Assembly: GCA_937952305.1 (NCBI GenBank)
Contig: CALFZO010000139.1
Location: forward strand, 36,355 to 100,354
Source of the DNA: an uncultured Anaerolineales bacterium
GTDB lineage: Bacteria > Chloroflexota > Anaerolineae > Anaerolineales > UBA6663
Length of the DNA stretch: 64,000 nucleotides
Reading direction: 5' to 3'
In this document: piece after piece, positions 27,666 through 38,717 of the stretch
How positions within the stretch are numbered: position 1 is the stretch's first letter
How the letters are laid out: every line of letters starts with the position of its first letter
The notes under the pieces: model-generated
Told to the model about the DNA's origin: nothing
The model's database searches: none
What the model saw: only the letters and a program-made list of their open reading frames with translations
Position numbers and translations under genes: made by a program

Positions 27666-29501
<1,836 letters not shown>

Positions 29502-29609
29502 GGCAGTGTCTCCTAGTGAGTGGAGCGATTACTTTGGATTGGCAGGTCGCAGGTGAAGACAACGCCCGCCGCCTGGGCCGGCCGCTGTCTTCCAATCTGA
29601 AACCTGGGC

Positions 29610-29875
29610 GCCACCGCCCGCCCTTTATCCCGCCGTCGCCGACGGGCTTATGGGGCAGACTTGTTGGGACGAGGACGTCCGTTGGGGGAAAAGATAGGGG
29701 TCGTGGCTGGACCCCGGCGGCTTCCGCTGAACCCTCGCTTTTCGGCCGAAGCGCTGCACGCTCCGCCTTAACCCTGCCCTGCGGCAGGAACCGCCACCTC
29801 GTTATCCCAGCGATGAGCAACGCTCACCGGCAGCCTGCGGATGCCACCGACGCGCCAAAAGAGCGCGTCGGCGCT
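29610..29875 (-). ncRNA. glmS: glmS ribozyme-like leader
   Basis: The minus-strand RNA upstream of glmS reads A-GCGCC (29875...), then the hairpin GACGCGC-UCUUUUG-GCGCGUC, then ...GAUAACGAGGUGGCGGUU..., then ...GCGGAAGCCGCCGGGG followed by the hairpin GGGGUC-CAGCCAC-GACCCC. These elements occur in the same order as the conserved glmS ribozyme core as I recall it (AGCGCC / GACGAGGUGGAGGUU / CGGCGGAUGCCUCCCGG). The 3' boundary is uncertain. Confidence 0.6.
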
Positions 29876-29961
29876 GGGACCATGCGCTCATCTTCCCCGT
29901 GCGTGATTTACCCGATAGTCACCTCCGCTGTGCCTGACCAAAACGGCCGGCTCTTGGCTTA

Positions 29962-29991
29962 CTTATACCGCATCCAGGGCGGCGCGTGCAA
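29962..29991 (-). promoter_or_regulatory. Sigma-70-like promoter candidate for the glmS leader
   Basis: The minus strand reads TTGCAC (29991-29986), an 18-nt spacer, then TATAAG (29967-29962), about 85 nt upstream of the ribozyme-like core. Confidence 0.4.
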
Positions 29992-30005
29992 TTGGGAAAC
30001 CTGAC

Positions 30006-31265
30006 CTACCCGGGCGCGGCCCGGCCAGAGGCCGCCTGCCCGGCCGAGGCTGGGCCGCCCGTGACGCGCAGCGCCGTCGCCCAGGCCGCCAGCGCCGCCA
30101 GCGCCGCCGCCGCCAGCCAGACCGCCACCTGGCGCGGGTCGGCGGCCGGCCGGTCCAGCAGCAGGCTGTTGGACCAGACTCCGAGCGACGCGACCAGCGT
30201 GAAAAACGCCAGGTCCAGCGCATACACGCGGCCGAGCACATGGTTGGGCACTTTCAACTGCAGGAGCACATCGCTGTACGTCCAGTTGATCGAGCCGCCC
30301 ATGCCGCGCAGCACCCAGCCGGCCAGCGCCACCGGCAGCGACGGCGCCAGCCCCACCAGCAGCCAGCCGGAGGCCGACAGGGCATAGCCGCCCGCGATCC
30401 AGCGCTGCAGGCTGCGCGCGCTGCCGTCGTGCAGACGGTCGCCCAGGAGCGGGCCGAGCACGGTGCCCACCCCCATGAAGGCCAGCATCAGGCCGAGCGC
30501 CGCGCCGCCGTCCGCGTCCAGCGGGAAGACGCGCCGCGCATAGACGGCGGCCAGCACGTCTACGCTGCCGAGCTGCCCCAGCCCTTTCACCAGCGCGGTC
30601 ACGCCGATGTGAACGTGCGTGCGGACGTAGCGCCAGCCGGCCAGCAGGTCGGTCCAGCCGCCGGCGTGCGTGTGCAGCGTGGGCCGCGGCGGGGCCGCGA
30701 GGCGGCTGATCAGGACAGCCGAGATCACGAAGCTCAACGCGTCGATCACCAGGGCGGCCGGCGCGCCGAGCAGCGCCGCCACCAGGCCGCCCACGGCTGC
30801 GCCGAGGGACAGCATCGCGGACCAGGTGACGCTGGACAGGACGTTGGCGGTGAGCAGATCGTCGGCGGGCACGACGCTGGGCACCAGCGCGGCGCGGGCC
30901 GGCTCGAAAAAGGCCGAGACCATGAACTGCGCGGCGGTGAGCGCGTAGAGCAGCCAGGCCCGGTCGGGGCCATCCACCAAAAGGAAGCCAAGGACGATGA
31001 CGGCGCGCAGCAGGTCGGCGGTCACCAGGATCGTGCGCCGGCTGAAGCGGTCCGCGGCCAGCCCGGCCAGCGGGCCGACCAGGAACGGCGGCAGCGAGCG
31101 GGCCAGGAACAGGCCGCCGACGGCCAGGCTGGAGTCGGTGTAGCGGTTGACCAGCATCACCGTGGCGATGGCGCTGAACCAATCCCCCAGCAGGCTGACG
31201 AGCTGAGCCAGCCACAGCAGCCGGAATTGAGGCTGGCGGCGCAGCAGGGCGAGGTAGGCGTTCAT
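30006..31265 (-). CDS. MFS transporter
   Basis: About 12 predicted TM segments. The N-terminus MNAYLALLRRQPQFRLLWLAQLVSLLGDWF is typical of an MFS subfamily (EntS/DUF894-like). Confidence 0.75.
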   Translation of the reverse strand: MNAYLALLRRQPQFRLLWLAQLVSLLGDWFSAIATVMLVNRYTDSSLAVGGLFLARSLPPFLVGPLAGLAADRFSRRTILVTADLLRAVIVLGFLLVDGPDRAWLLYALTAAQFMVSAFFEPARAALVPSVVPADDLLTANVLSSVTWSAMLSLGAAVGGLVAALLGAPAALVIDALSFVISAVLISRLAAPPRPTLHTHAGGWTDLLAGWRYVRTHVHIGVTALVKGLGQLGSVDVLAAVYARRVFPLDADGGAALGLMLAFMGVGTVLGPLLGDRLHDGSARSLQRWIAGGYALSASGWLLVGLAPSLPVALAGWVLRGMGGSINWTYSDVLLQLKVPNHVLGRVYALDLAFFTLVASLGVWSNSLLLDRPAADPRQVAVWLAAAALAALAAWATALRVTGGPASAGQAASGRAAPG

Positions 31266-31281
31266 CGCGGCGCGGCGGCCG

Positions 31282-32727
31282 TCACAGATACTTCTCCACC
31301 GACCAGCCGCCGGCCTTCATCGGCTGCGGGGCGGCCTCCGGCCGGGCCGGGTCGAAAGCCAGGACGTTCCGACCGGTGAAGGCGTCCAGCACGTCGCCCA
31401 ACGCATCGGCCAGGAAGACCGGCTTGCCCAGCGCCTGCGCGATCGCCAGCGGCGGCACGTCGTCCAGGCTGATCCCGTCCGGGTGGTCGAACATCACGCG
31501 CGGCAGCACCACAAACTCGCCCAGGTCGCGGCCCTGCAGCTGCGCGAGCACGTCCTGGCCCATGAGCAGCCCAGCGACCGTGATGGTGTGGCCCAACCGC
31601 TCGTTGAGGATCGGGCTGACCTGGAGGCGCGTCCCGGCCAGAGCGTCGAACTCCCGGGCGGCTTTCTCCAGCGTCGGCGCGAAGAGGGTGGCGGTGGCGA
31701 GGGTGGCGGTGCGAAGCTGGAGATGGGGGACTGGAGACTGTCCTCTTAGTCTCCCATCTCTAATTTCTCTCTTGGAACGCCGCCACTCGTCCAGAAAGTC
31801 CCGCACCAGGCCGAGGCCGTTCTCCTGCAACGCCAGGCCGTCGTAATACTTCCTGGCCGGGAGGCGCGTCCCAGTCTGCAGGAACCATTCGTCGGTGGGA
31901 TAGACGAAGCCCACGCCCAGCCGCTGGCGATACTCGGCCTGCCAGCCGCGCACGGCCTGCAGCACGGCGCGGGCCTCCTCCACGGTGTGCGGCCGGCGCC
32001 CGTACTTGTGGTGTTTGGTCAGGCCCACCGGCACCACGCTCACCGAGGCCACGGCCGGGTACAGCGCGGCCAGGTCGCGCACCGACTTCTCCAGGTAGGG
32101 GCCGTCGTTCAGGCCGGGCGTGACCACGAGCTGGGTGTGGACCTCGATCCCGCGCTCCGCCAGCCAGCGCAACTGCTCCAGGACGTCAGGCGCGTTTTTG
32201 TTCGCCAGGCAGGCGCGGCGGTTCTCCAGGTCGGTGGAGTGGACCGAGACGTAGAGCGGCGAGAGGCGCTGCGCGTCGATGCGGCGCCAATCCCGCTCGC
32301 TCAAGTTGGTGAGGGTGACGAAGTGCCCGTACAGGAACGAGTAACGGTAGTCGTCGTCCTTGATGTAGAGCGTGCGGCGCATGCGCGGCGCGGTCTGCAG
32401 GACGAAGCAGAACGGGCACAGGTTGTTACAGCGGCGGATGTCGATATCAAAGGTGGGGTGGACGAACTCCAGGCCGAGCGGCTGGCCAGCAGAACGCCAG
32501 CCGCGCGCGACTGACCGGCCGCCGTCACGCTGGTACTCGATCTCGACCTCGTCCTCGGCCGCGTAGAACTGCACGTCGATGACATCCTCGACCGGCTGGC
32601 CGTTGACGGCCAGGACTTCGTCGCCGGGGCGCAAGCCCAGCGCGGCGGCCAGCGACTCCGCGGCCACGGCCTGGATCAGGCCGGCGTAGGTTTTAGGCTC
32701 AGTCTCGTGAAAAGTCAGGTCGGCCAC
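31282..32727 (-). CDS. DUF512 protein with N-terminal PDZ domain and radical-SAM-type Cx3Cx2C
   Basis: PDZ-like segment LGLRPGDEVLAVNGQPV, then CNNLCPFCF (C-x3-C-x2-C) followed by YIKDDDYRYSFLYGHFVTLTNL, as in DUF512 family proteins. Confidence 0.7.
   Translation of the reverse strand: MADLTFHETEPKTYAGLIQAVAAESLAAALGLRPGDEVLAVNGQPVEDVIDVQFYAAEDEVEIEYQRDGGRSVARGWRSAGQPLGLEFVHPTFDIDIRRCNNLCPFCFVLQTAPRMRRTLYIKDDDYRYSFLYGHFVTLTNLSERDWRRIDAQRLSPLYVSVHSTDLENRRACLANKNAPDVLEQLRWLAERGIEVHTQLVVTPGLNDGPYLEKSVRDLAALYPAVASVSVVPVGLTKHHKYGRRPHTVEEARAVLQAVRGWQAEYRQRLGVGFVYPTDEWFLQTGTRLPARKYYDGLALQENGLGLVRDFLDEWRRSKREIRDGRLRGQSPVPHLQLRTATLATATLFAPTLEKAAREFDALAGTRLQVSPILNERLGHTITVAGLLMGQDVLAQLQGRDLGEFVVLPRVMFDHPDGISLDDVPPLAIAQALGKPVFLADALGDVLDAFTGRNVLAFDPARPEAAPQPMKAGGWSVEKYL
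31721..31759. repeat. 39-nt imperfect palindrome in a local low-GC patch inside the DUF512 gene
   Basis: AGATGGGGGACT-N15-AGTCTCCCATCT (11 of 12 complementary). An alternative inner pairing GGAGACT/AGTCTCC is possible. Confidence 0.5.
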
Positions 32728-33407
32728 GCCTCATGCTCCAGCAACGCCTGGTCCAGGTAACCCTGACGCCGGGCCCGCGCCAGGAAAGCCCGGAAGTCCG
32801 GCCGTTCCAACCGGCGCCGGAACTCGACCGCGTCCAGGTGATAGATCTCGGACTCAATCCGGCCCACCTCCGGATAGTGCTCGGCAATCCAGCCGACGGC
32901 CGTGAAGCCGGCCACTTCCAGGAACGGCAGCGCCGCCCGATTATAGACGGGGACGCGCAGGATCGTCGTGATCAGGCTCGGATAGACGGCCAGCGCCCGG
33001 TGGACGCTGGCGAAGGCCAGGTATTTGGCGAAGACACGGCTGGCGTCATCCGGCAGGCAGCCCAGCTGCTCGTAGAAGGCGAAGGGCCGGCCCGCGATAT
33101 CGCCGCCCAGCGTCCCGAGAAAAGTCGCGTCCCAGCGGGCCCGCTGGGCGCGCTGCCACAGGTCACTGCTCAGGACCGAGGCGTGTCCGAGCACGATCGA
33201 GAAGCCCGCCACCCGGCCGGCGGCGTCGTCGGCGGCCACCAGCACGTCGTCGTGTTCGATGAAGTAGGCGTACTGGGCCAGGGTCGTCCCGAGCAGGAAG
33301 CCGCCGCGCGGGGCCTGGCCGGGGTCGGCCGGCAGGCGCAGGTGGCGCTTCACGTCCAAGAGCGCCGGCGCATCGGCGGGCCGCGCCGGGCGGATGAGCA
33401 CGGGCAT
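32715..33407 (-). CDS. GNAT-family N-acetyltransferase (putative)
   Basis: IRPARPADAPALLDV start and NRAALPFLEVAGFTAVG, resembling GNAT motif A/B regions. Confidence 0.5.
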   Translation of the reverse strand: MPVLIRPARPADAPALLDVKRHLRLPADPGQAPRGGFLLGTTLAQYAYFIEHDDVLVAADDAAGRVAGFSIVLGHASVLSSDLWQRAQRARWDATFLGTLGGDIAGRPFAFYEQLGCLPDDASRVFAKYLAFASVHRALAVYPSLITTILRVPVYNRAALPFLEVAGFTAVGWIAEHYPEVGRIESEIYHLDAVEFRRRLERPDFRAFLARARRQGYLDQALLEHEAWPT

Positions 33408-33432
33408 GGGGTCTCGGGCCGCGCCGCCGGGC

Positions 33433-34455
33433 TCAGTCTTCCCAGTGCACGAACAGGTGCGGTGTCGGGTCGGCGTCCCGGACGTACACCACGGTTGGGC
33501 CGTGGAGCTGGTTCAGCACCGCCCGCCACAGGGACCCGGCGGTCTGGTTCTTCTCGGCGAACGGCCCCGGCAGTTCGGCGTGCCGTTCCGGCAGCTCGTA
33601 CCACGGGAGATTGGGGTACATGTGGTGCGTGGCGTGCTCGTTGAAATTGAGCAGCAGCCAGCGGAAGAAGCCGGCGCTGCGGATGGCGCGCACGTTGAAG
33701 CGCACCTGCGCGCCGAGCGTGGTGTGATAGTGGAAGACGTAGACCAGCAGCGACCAGATCCAGGCGAAAGCCAGCAGCGGCAAGCCGAGGGTGAACAGCC
33801 AGACGCGCCCGCCCCCCAGCGCGGCCACGGCCAGGTGGAAGGCCACGCCGGCCAGGAACTGCGCCCACGCGATCAGGCGGTCCCGCCCGTTCCAGTTTCT
33901 GAAAGCCGGCGATATCCGCTGGGCTTGGGGTGTCGGCATACCCAGAAAGAGCACGATCGAGACCAGCGAGTGCAGGAACCAGCCGCCGGCGAAGATGCCC
34001 AGGTACCACAACGTGTAGCCGACAGCGCGCACCAGCGGCGTCACCGGCCAGGGCGAGACGAAGACATCCAGGGCCGAGGTGTTGTGGTCGCGCCGGTTGA
34101 AGCCGTGGTGGAAGACGTGGATCTTGCGATAGATCTGCAGCGGCACCAGGATGGTCAACAGCAGCGCCTGGCCGAGCCCGTCGTTAAGCAGCGGGCGGCG
34201 CGGCGCGATCTTCTTGTGCGCGGCCTCGTGCGCGACGATGTAGATGCGCTGGAGCAGCAGGCCCTGGGCCAGCAGCACGCCGGCATACGCGAGCGAGACC
34301 AGCCCGCCCGCGCCGAACTGCGGCCCGAGCCAGTTGGCCAGCGCGGCCAGCCCCCCAAAGCCGGCCACCGTCTCGCCGATGACGCGCGCGGTGAGCCAGG
34401 CGTGGCGGGCCGCCGACTTGGCCGCCGCCGGGGCCGCGGTCTCAACGGGGTTCAT
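33433..34455 (-). CDS. Membrane fatty-acid desaturase family protein
   Basis: Three His boxes (HEAAHKK, HVFHHGFNRRDHN, HATHHMY) and several TM segments. Confidence 0.8.
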   Translation of the reverse strand: MNPVETAAPAAAKSAARHAWLTARVIGETVAGFGGLAALANWLGPQFGAGGLVSLAYAGVLLAQGLLLQRIYIVAHEAAHKKIAPRRPLLNDGLGQALLLTILVPLQIYRKIHVFHHGFNRRDHNTSALDVFVSPWPVTPLVRAVGYTLWYLGIFAGGWFLHSLVSIVLFLGMPTPQAQRISPAFRNWNGRDRLIAWAQFLAGVAFHLAVAALGGGRVWLFTLGLPLLAFAWIWSLLVYVFHYHTTLGAQVRFNVRAIRSAGFFRWLLLNFNEHATHHMYPNLPWYELPERHAELPGPFAEKNQTAGSLWRAVLNQLHGPTVVYVRDADPTPHLFVHWED

Positions 34456-34470
34456 GCCAGCCCTCCTGGT

Positions 34471-35016
34471 TCAGGGGTGCGCGTCCATGTACGCCTGGCG
34501 CTGGGCTTCCAGCTTCTCCCAGATCGCCGCCGGCACCAGCGCGCGGATGGCGGCGTAGACAGCCTGGACGGCCTCCTGGTCGGCGGCGGAGACGTGGGCC
34601 GGGAGCGCGTACACGCGGCCGTCTACCGTGATCTCGGCCCACTCCACTTCACCGCCCACGGGCGGGTCGTCCACGTCGGCCCAGCGCTCGCGCAGCACGC
34701 CGCGCGCCACGGCCAGGGCATACAGCGCGTCCAGGTCGGCCGCGCTCAGAGCCAGGGGCTCGGTCCACACCGGCGGATTGCTGAAGGCGTAGTCAGGCTG
34801 ATAAGCGATGCTCCCGCTCTCGCCGGGACCAATGCGGAGGGTGTACGCGTAGTGGTAGGGCGGCGGGAGGCTGCCCTCCTGCCACTCGTAGACCACGGCG
34901 AAATCGGCGGGGCGTGAGGCGGGCATGGCGGGTTGACACGCAGACAGCAGGAGCAGGCCGAGGCTGAGCCCGAGCGCCGGGAGGGCGGCCGCAGGACGAC
35001 GCCGGTGGGCGGTCAC
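34471..35016 (-). CDS. Lipoprotein of unknown function
   Basis: Signal peptide with lipobox LLLLSAC. No recognised domain. The start overlaps the plsC-like stop by 4 nt. Confidence 0.6.
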   Translation of the reverse strand: MTAHRRRPAAALPALGLSLGLLLLSACQPAMPASRPADFAVVYEWQEGSLPPPYHYAYTLRIGPGESGSIAYQPDYAFSNPPVWTEPLALSAADLDALYALAVARGVLRERWADVDDPPVGGEVEWAEITVDGRVYALPAHVSAADQEAVQAVYAAIRALVPAAIWEKLEAQRQAYMDAHP

Positions 35017-35762
35017 ACGAACTCGAGCGTCTCGGTGGTCGCTTGGGCCAGGTTGGCGTAATAGCCGCGCCGATGCGCGGGCAGTTGCGCGGCCAGCACG
35101 TACATGGCCTCGTCCGTCATCTGGCGCAGGCGTTCACGCGGCAAGCGGCCGGACACGGGCTTAAAACGGAACGGCCGCCCCATCTCGAAGTACGCGCCCG
35201 GCCAGCCGGAATTCCACGGACCGACGAGCGTGGGATAACCGGGCGTGTGATAGACGGCGGTGGGCACGATCGGCGCGCCGCTCTTGTGGGCGATGTAGGC
35301 CACGCCCTCCTTGGCCTGCTCCAGGGCGGCGTGCCGGGTGGCCTCCGGCGCAATCAGCAGGACCTCGCCGGCCGCCAGCACCGCCAGCGCCCGCTCCAGC
35401 GCGCGGCGGTCCAGCTCATGCCGATGCACCGGGATGACGTCCCACAAGCGCGTGAAGAAGCCCCACACCGGCAGGGCGTGGACTTCGGCCTTGGCCAGCG
35501 GCACGATGTTGCGCGGCAGATTGCCGAGCACCACCACCGGGTCCAGGAAGGCGATGTGGTTGATCATGATGATCGCCGGCCCGTTGCGCGGCAGGTGCTC
35601 GAGGCCGGCGATGCGGTCGTAATCGATGCGCGCCAGGAAGCGCCAGCCGATGTTGCGGATCAGCCAGCGCAGGACGCGCCGCCGGGGCTCCAGGCGGGCA
35701 TGGTCGTAGGCGGGTCGGGCGGCGGCGGCGGTTGTGGGCAGGGTTTGGGCGTCGCGGGTCAC
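35013..35762 (-). CDS. plsC: 1-acyl-sn-glycerol-3-phosphate acyltransferase-like (LPLAT family)
   Basis: H-x4-D motif (MINHIAFLDPVV) and a later APEATR block. Confidence 0.7.
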   Translation of the reverse strand: MTRDAQTLPTTAAAARPAYDHARLEPRRRVLRWLIRNIGWRFLARIDYDRIAGLEHLPRNGPAIIMINHIAFLDPVVVLGNLPRNIVPLAKAEVHALPVWGFFTRLWDVIPVHRHELDRRALERALAVLAAGEVLLIAPEATRHAALEQAKEGVAYIAHKSGAPIVPTAVYHTPGYPTLVGPWNSGWPGAYFEMGRPFRFKPVSGRLPRERLRQMTDEAMYVLAAQLPAHRRGYYANLAQATTETLEFV

Positions 35763-35767
35763 GGGGG

Positions 35768-36142
35768 CTATTGTACAACGGCCGCCGGCCGTTCCACGAG
35801 CAAAGCGGTCTGGCTGCCGGACTGATGGAAGGCCCGGATCAGGCGCGCCTCAGCCGGCGTGCAAGCCACCAGCAGCTTGAGCTCGGCGTCGCCCTTGAGC
35901 GCGTCCACGCAGCCGACGACGGCCGTGACGGTGCGGGCGGCCAGGCTCCCCACCCACACGTCGATACCGGCGCCGTCGCCGGCCGTGGTGCCGGCCAGGT
36001 AGCCATAGTCCAGGGGATAGCGTGTGTCCGGGAAACGGGGATGGGCCGAACCGCGCGGCCGGTCGATGACCAGGGAGCGTTCGGCCACCAGGCGATCCAG
36101 GCTGAACCAGAAGTCCGCGTCGGGCGCGGCGGTCTGTCCCAT
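35768..36142 (-). CDS. Small inorganic-pyrophosphatase-like protein
   Basis: YPLDYGYLAGT resembles the PPase YPxNYGFIPxT motif, but the protein is only 124 aa, so the function is uncertain. Confidence 0.35.
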   Translation of the reverse strand: MGQTAAPDADFWFSLDRLVAERSLVIDRPRGSAHPRFPDTRYPLDYGYLAGTTAGDGAGIDVWVGSLAARTVTAVVGCVDALKGDAELKLLVACTPAEARLIRAFHQSGSQTALLVERPAAVVQ

Positions 36143-36156
36143 CGCGGCCGAAGGGC

Positions 36157-36879
36157 TTACGCGCCCGCGCCGGCCAGGTCGGTCAGCACGGCTTCGATGG
36201 CGGTGAGCACGCCCGGCATGTCGAGGTCGGTCGTGTCGAGGACGAAGGCGTCGTCGGCCGGGCGCAGCGGGGCCATCGCCCGCGACGTGTCGATGCGGTC
36301 CCGCTCGCGCAGGTTGGCCAGGATGTCCGCGTAGGTGCGCGTGTCGTTGACGGCGCCGGCGCTGCGGCGCGCGGCGGCCTCGGCATAGCGCCGCCGGGCG
36401 CGCGTCTCCACCGACGCGGTCAGGAAGATCTTGCAGTCGGATTCGGGCAGGATGACGGTGCCGACGTCGCGGCCCACCATCACCACCCGTCCGCGCAGGC
36501 CGATGCGGCGCATCTGGCCGGTGAGCACGCGGCGCACGCCCTGCACGGCCGCCACCAGCGAGACGTTGTCTTCGACCTCTTTCTTGCGCAGCTCCCAGGT
36601 GATGTCCTCGTCCCCTTCGGTCAGCACCGTGCAGTCGCGGCCGTCGCGCTGATCATCGGCTGGCGGCTGCACGTCGACGTGGGCGCGCACCACGTACAGC
36701 GCCAGCGCCTCGGGGTCGTCCAGCGCCACCCGGTCCCGCAGGGCCAGGTACGTCATCGCCCGGTAAAGGACGCCGGTGTCGAAAAACAGGTAGCCGAGTT
36801 TCTCGGCCAGCTGCTTGCCGACCGAGGTCTTGCCCGAGGCAACCGGGCCGTCAATCGCGATAATGGAAGGCAACGTCAT
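36157..36879 (-). CDS. cmk: Cytidylate kinase
   Basis: IIAIDGPVASGKTSVGKQLAEKLGYLFFDTGVLYRA. Confidence 0.9.
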   Translation of the reverse strand: MTLPSIIAIDGPVASGKTSVGKQLAEKLGYLFFDTGVLYRAMTYLALRDRVALDDPEALALYVVRAHVDVQPPADDQRDGRDCTVLTEGDEDITWELRKKEVEDNVSLVAAVQGVRRVLTGQMRRIGLRGRVVMVGRDVGTVILPESDCKIFLTASVETRARRRYAEAAARRSAGAVNDTRTYADILANLRERDRIDTSRAMAPLRPADDAFVLDTTDLDMPGVLTAIEAVLTDLAGAGA

Positions 36880-36894
36880 CTCACTCGCCGCGGC

Positions 36895-38703
36895 TTACGG
36901 CTGGGCGGAGCGGAGCTGCTGGACGTCCTGGCGCACCCACAAGATCAGGCGCTCAGACTCGCTCGGAGCGCGGCGGAAGACCAGCCAGTCGATCTGCTCG
37001 TGCCAGAACAGGTTCTCAGGATACCAGAAGCGGGCTACCGTGAAAGGCTGGCCCACATAGGCCGAGCCGAGCGCCGGGTTCTGGGCGGCCTCGGGCGTGA
37101 TGACGACCGGGCTTTCGATGAAGGCGCCCAGCTCGTCCACAAACGTGGTCTTGGTGAAGTCCCGCAAGGCCCAGGCCAGCGCGCCGTTTGGGTCGGCCTG
37201 GAGGGTGGCCTCGATCTCATACGGCTCGCCGACGGAGAAATTGGAGAGGTCGGCCAAGGTGCTCGTCAGGCGCCAAACGTCGTCGGCGGTCGGCCGCGCC
37301 CACCACACCTCCCCCGGCTCGGTCGGCCGCGTCTGGGCCAGGCCCCAGCCGGCGGCCAGGGTGAAAGACAACAGGGCGCCGACGCCGGTCAGCAGGCTCC
37401 CCCCCAGGGCGGCGCGCATGGACCAGCCGACCCCGAACAGGTAGGTCACCAGGCCGGCCACGGCCACGGCCAGGACGGCCAACAGCAGGCTGGGCGAAGT
37501 CCGCACCCAGGCTACCAGATCCAGCTGTTGCAGCGCCGGCGTGTAGCGCGCCTGGTCCACGTAGCGCACGACGTTGAGGGCCGCAAAGACCACCAGCGCC
37601 GTTAAGACGCCGGTCAGGGCCGCCGCCAGCGGCCACTCCGCCGGCGCAAACAACTCATCCGCCAGGGCCGCCAGGGTGCGGGCCGCCAGCAGCGCCAGCG
37701 GCGTGACCACCCAGACGCTGTCGAACAGGGTCCGGCCGCTGTAGAAAAGCGCGAACAGCAGCGCGATCAGCGTCAGACCGCCCAGGATCTGGCCGACCAG
37801 GTCGCCCTTGAAGAAGGCGCGCCCCAGGCCGAGCAGGCCGAAGACCAGGATGAGCGGCTCATAGGTCAGCAGGAAGACGGGGATGGCAAAGGCCGAGCGC
37901 CCGGCCGCCGTGACCGCGAAGCCCGTCAGCCAGTTGAGCCAGCTGCCGGCCAGCGCCCCCAGCCCGGCGCGGTACGTCAGCCCGACCGTGGCGACCAGCA
38001 CGCCGCTGAGCGCGCCGGCTAACAGCAGCGCCGTCCGCTCCTGGCGCAATCGGTCGGCCAGGCTGGACCAATCCCAGCCCTCGGCCGCCTGGGTGCGCGC
38101 CACCACGAGCGTCATCAGGCCGATCACGAGCAGGCCGGTGAGGAACGAACCGCCGCCAGCCAGACCCACGCCCAGCGCCACCGCCGCGCCGATCCCCCAG
38201 TTGGCCGAACCACCCGCGGCGAAACGCCGCAGCAGCGCCAGGGCCAGGCCCCAGGCCAGCAACGCCAGCAGCGTTCCGTCGGCCCCGCGCGAGGCCGCGA
38301 TCAGGCTGCTGGACACCGCCAGCAATCCGCTCGCCACCAGCGCCCCCCAGCGTCCCAGCCAATCCCGGAAGAACCAGGGCAGCAGCACCAGCAGCGACCC
38401 GGCCAGGGCCGGGGCCAGCCGCGCCGCCCACTCGCCCGGCGGAAAGATCAGGAAATGGATGGCCGTAAAAAAGAAGTAGGCCGGGCTGGCCGGCTGGGCA
38501 GCCTCCGGCAGGCCGCGCACAAAGCGCCAGACGCTCAGAGCTTCGCGCGCCTCAGCCTCGTTCAGCGGATGCGCGCCCAGCCCGCCGAAGCGCAGGGCCA
38601 CGGCCAGCAGGAAGACCGCGGCATAGAGCGCGTTCTCCACGGTCAGGGCGGCCGCCCACTGCGGCAGGCGGCGGGCGGCGGGTTGCGAATGTGTGAGGGC
38701 CAC
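36895..38703 (-). CDS. Polytopic GT-C-like membrane protein (TIGR03663 / PMT_2-like)
   Basis: At least 12 TM segments. The N-terminal loop FGGLGAHPLNEAEAREAL occupies the position of the PMT/TIGR03663 DE loop, but with N-E instead of D-E. It has a soluble C-terminal tail and lies adjacent to a YYY-family gene. Confidence 0.45.
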   Translation of the reverse strand: MALTHSQPAARRLPQWAAALTVENALYAAVFLLAVALRFGGLGAHPLNEAEAREALSVWRFVRGLPEAAQPASPAYFFFTAIHFLIFPPGEWAARLAPALAGSLLVLLPWFFRDWLGRWGALVASGLLAVSSSLIAASRGADGTLLALLAWGLALALLRRFAAGGSANWGIGAAVALGVGLAGGGSFLTGLLVIGLMTLVVARTQAAEGWDWSSLADRLRQERTALLLAGALSGVLVATVGLTYRAGLGALAGSWLNWLTGFAVTAAGRSAFAIPVFLLTYEPLILVFGLLGLGRAFFKGDLVGQILGGLTLIALLFALFYSGRTLFDSVWVVTPLALLAARTLAALADELFAPAEWPLAAALTGVLTALVVFAALNVVRYVDQARYTPALQQLDLVAWVRTSPSLLLAVLAVAVAGLVTYLFGVGWSMRAALGGSLLTGVGALLSFTLAAGWGLAQTRPTEPGEVWWARPTADDVWRLTSTLADLSNFSVGEPYEIEATLQADPNGALAWALRDFTKTTFVDELGAFIESPVVITPEAAQNPALGSAYVGQPFTVARFWYPENLFWHEQIDWLVFRRAPSESERLILWVRQDVQQLRSAQP

Positions 38704-38717
38704 GGATCACCCTTTTC

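Noticed and set aside
29640-29680. A GGGACGAGGACGUCC segment on the plus strand that resembles the GACGAGG core of the glmS ribozyme.
   Set aside because: It is on the wrong strand relative to glmS. The ordered set of core elements (AGCGCC, ACGAGGUGG, GCGGAAGCC) is found on the minus strand. This segment is a GGACGTCC palindrome within the 3' part of the leader.
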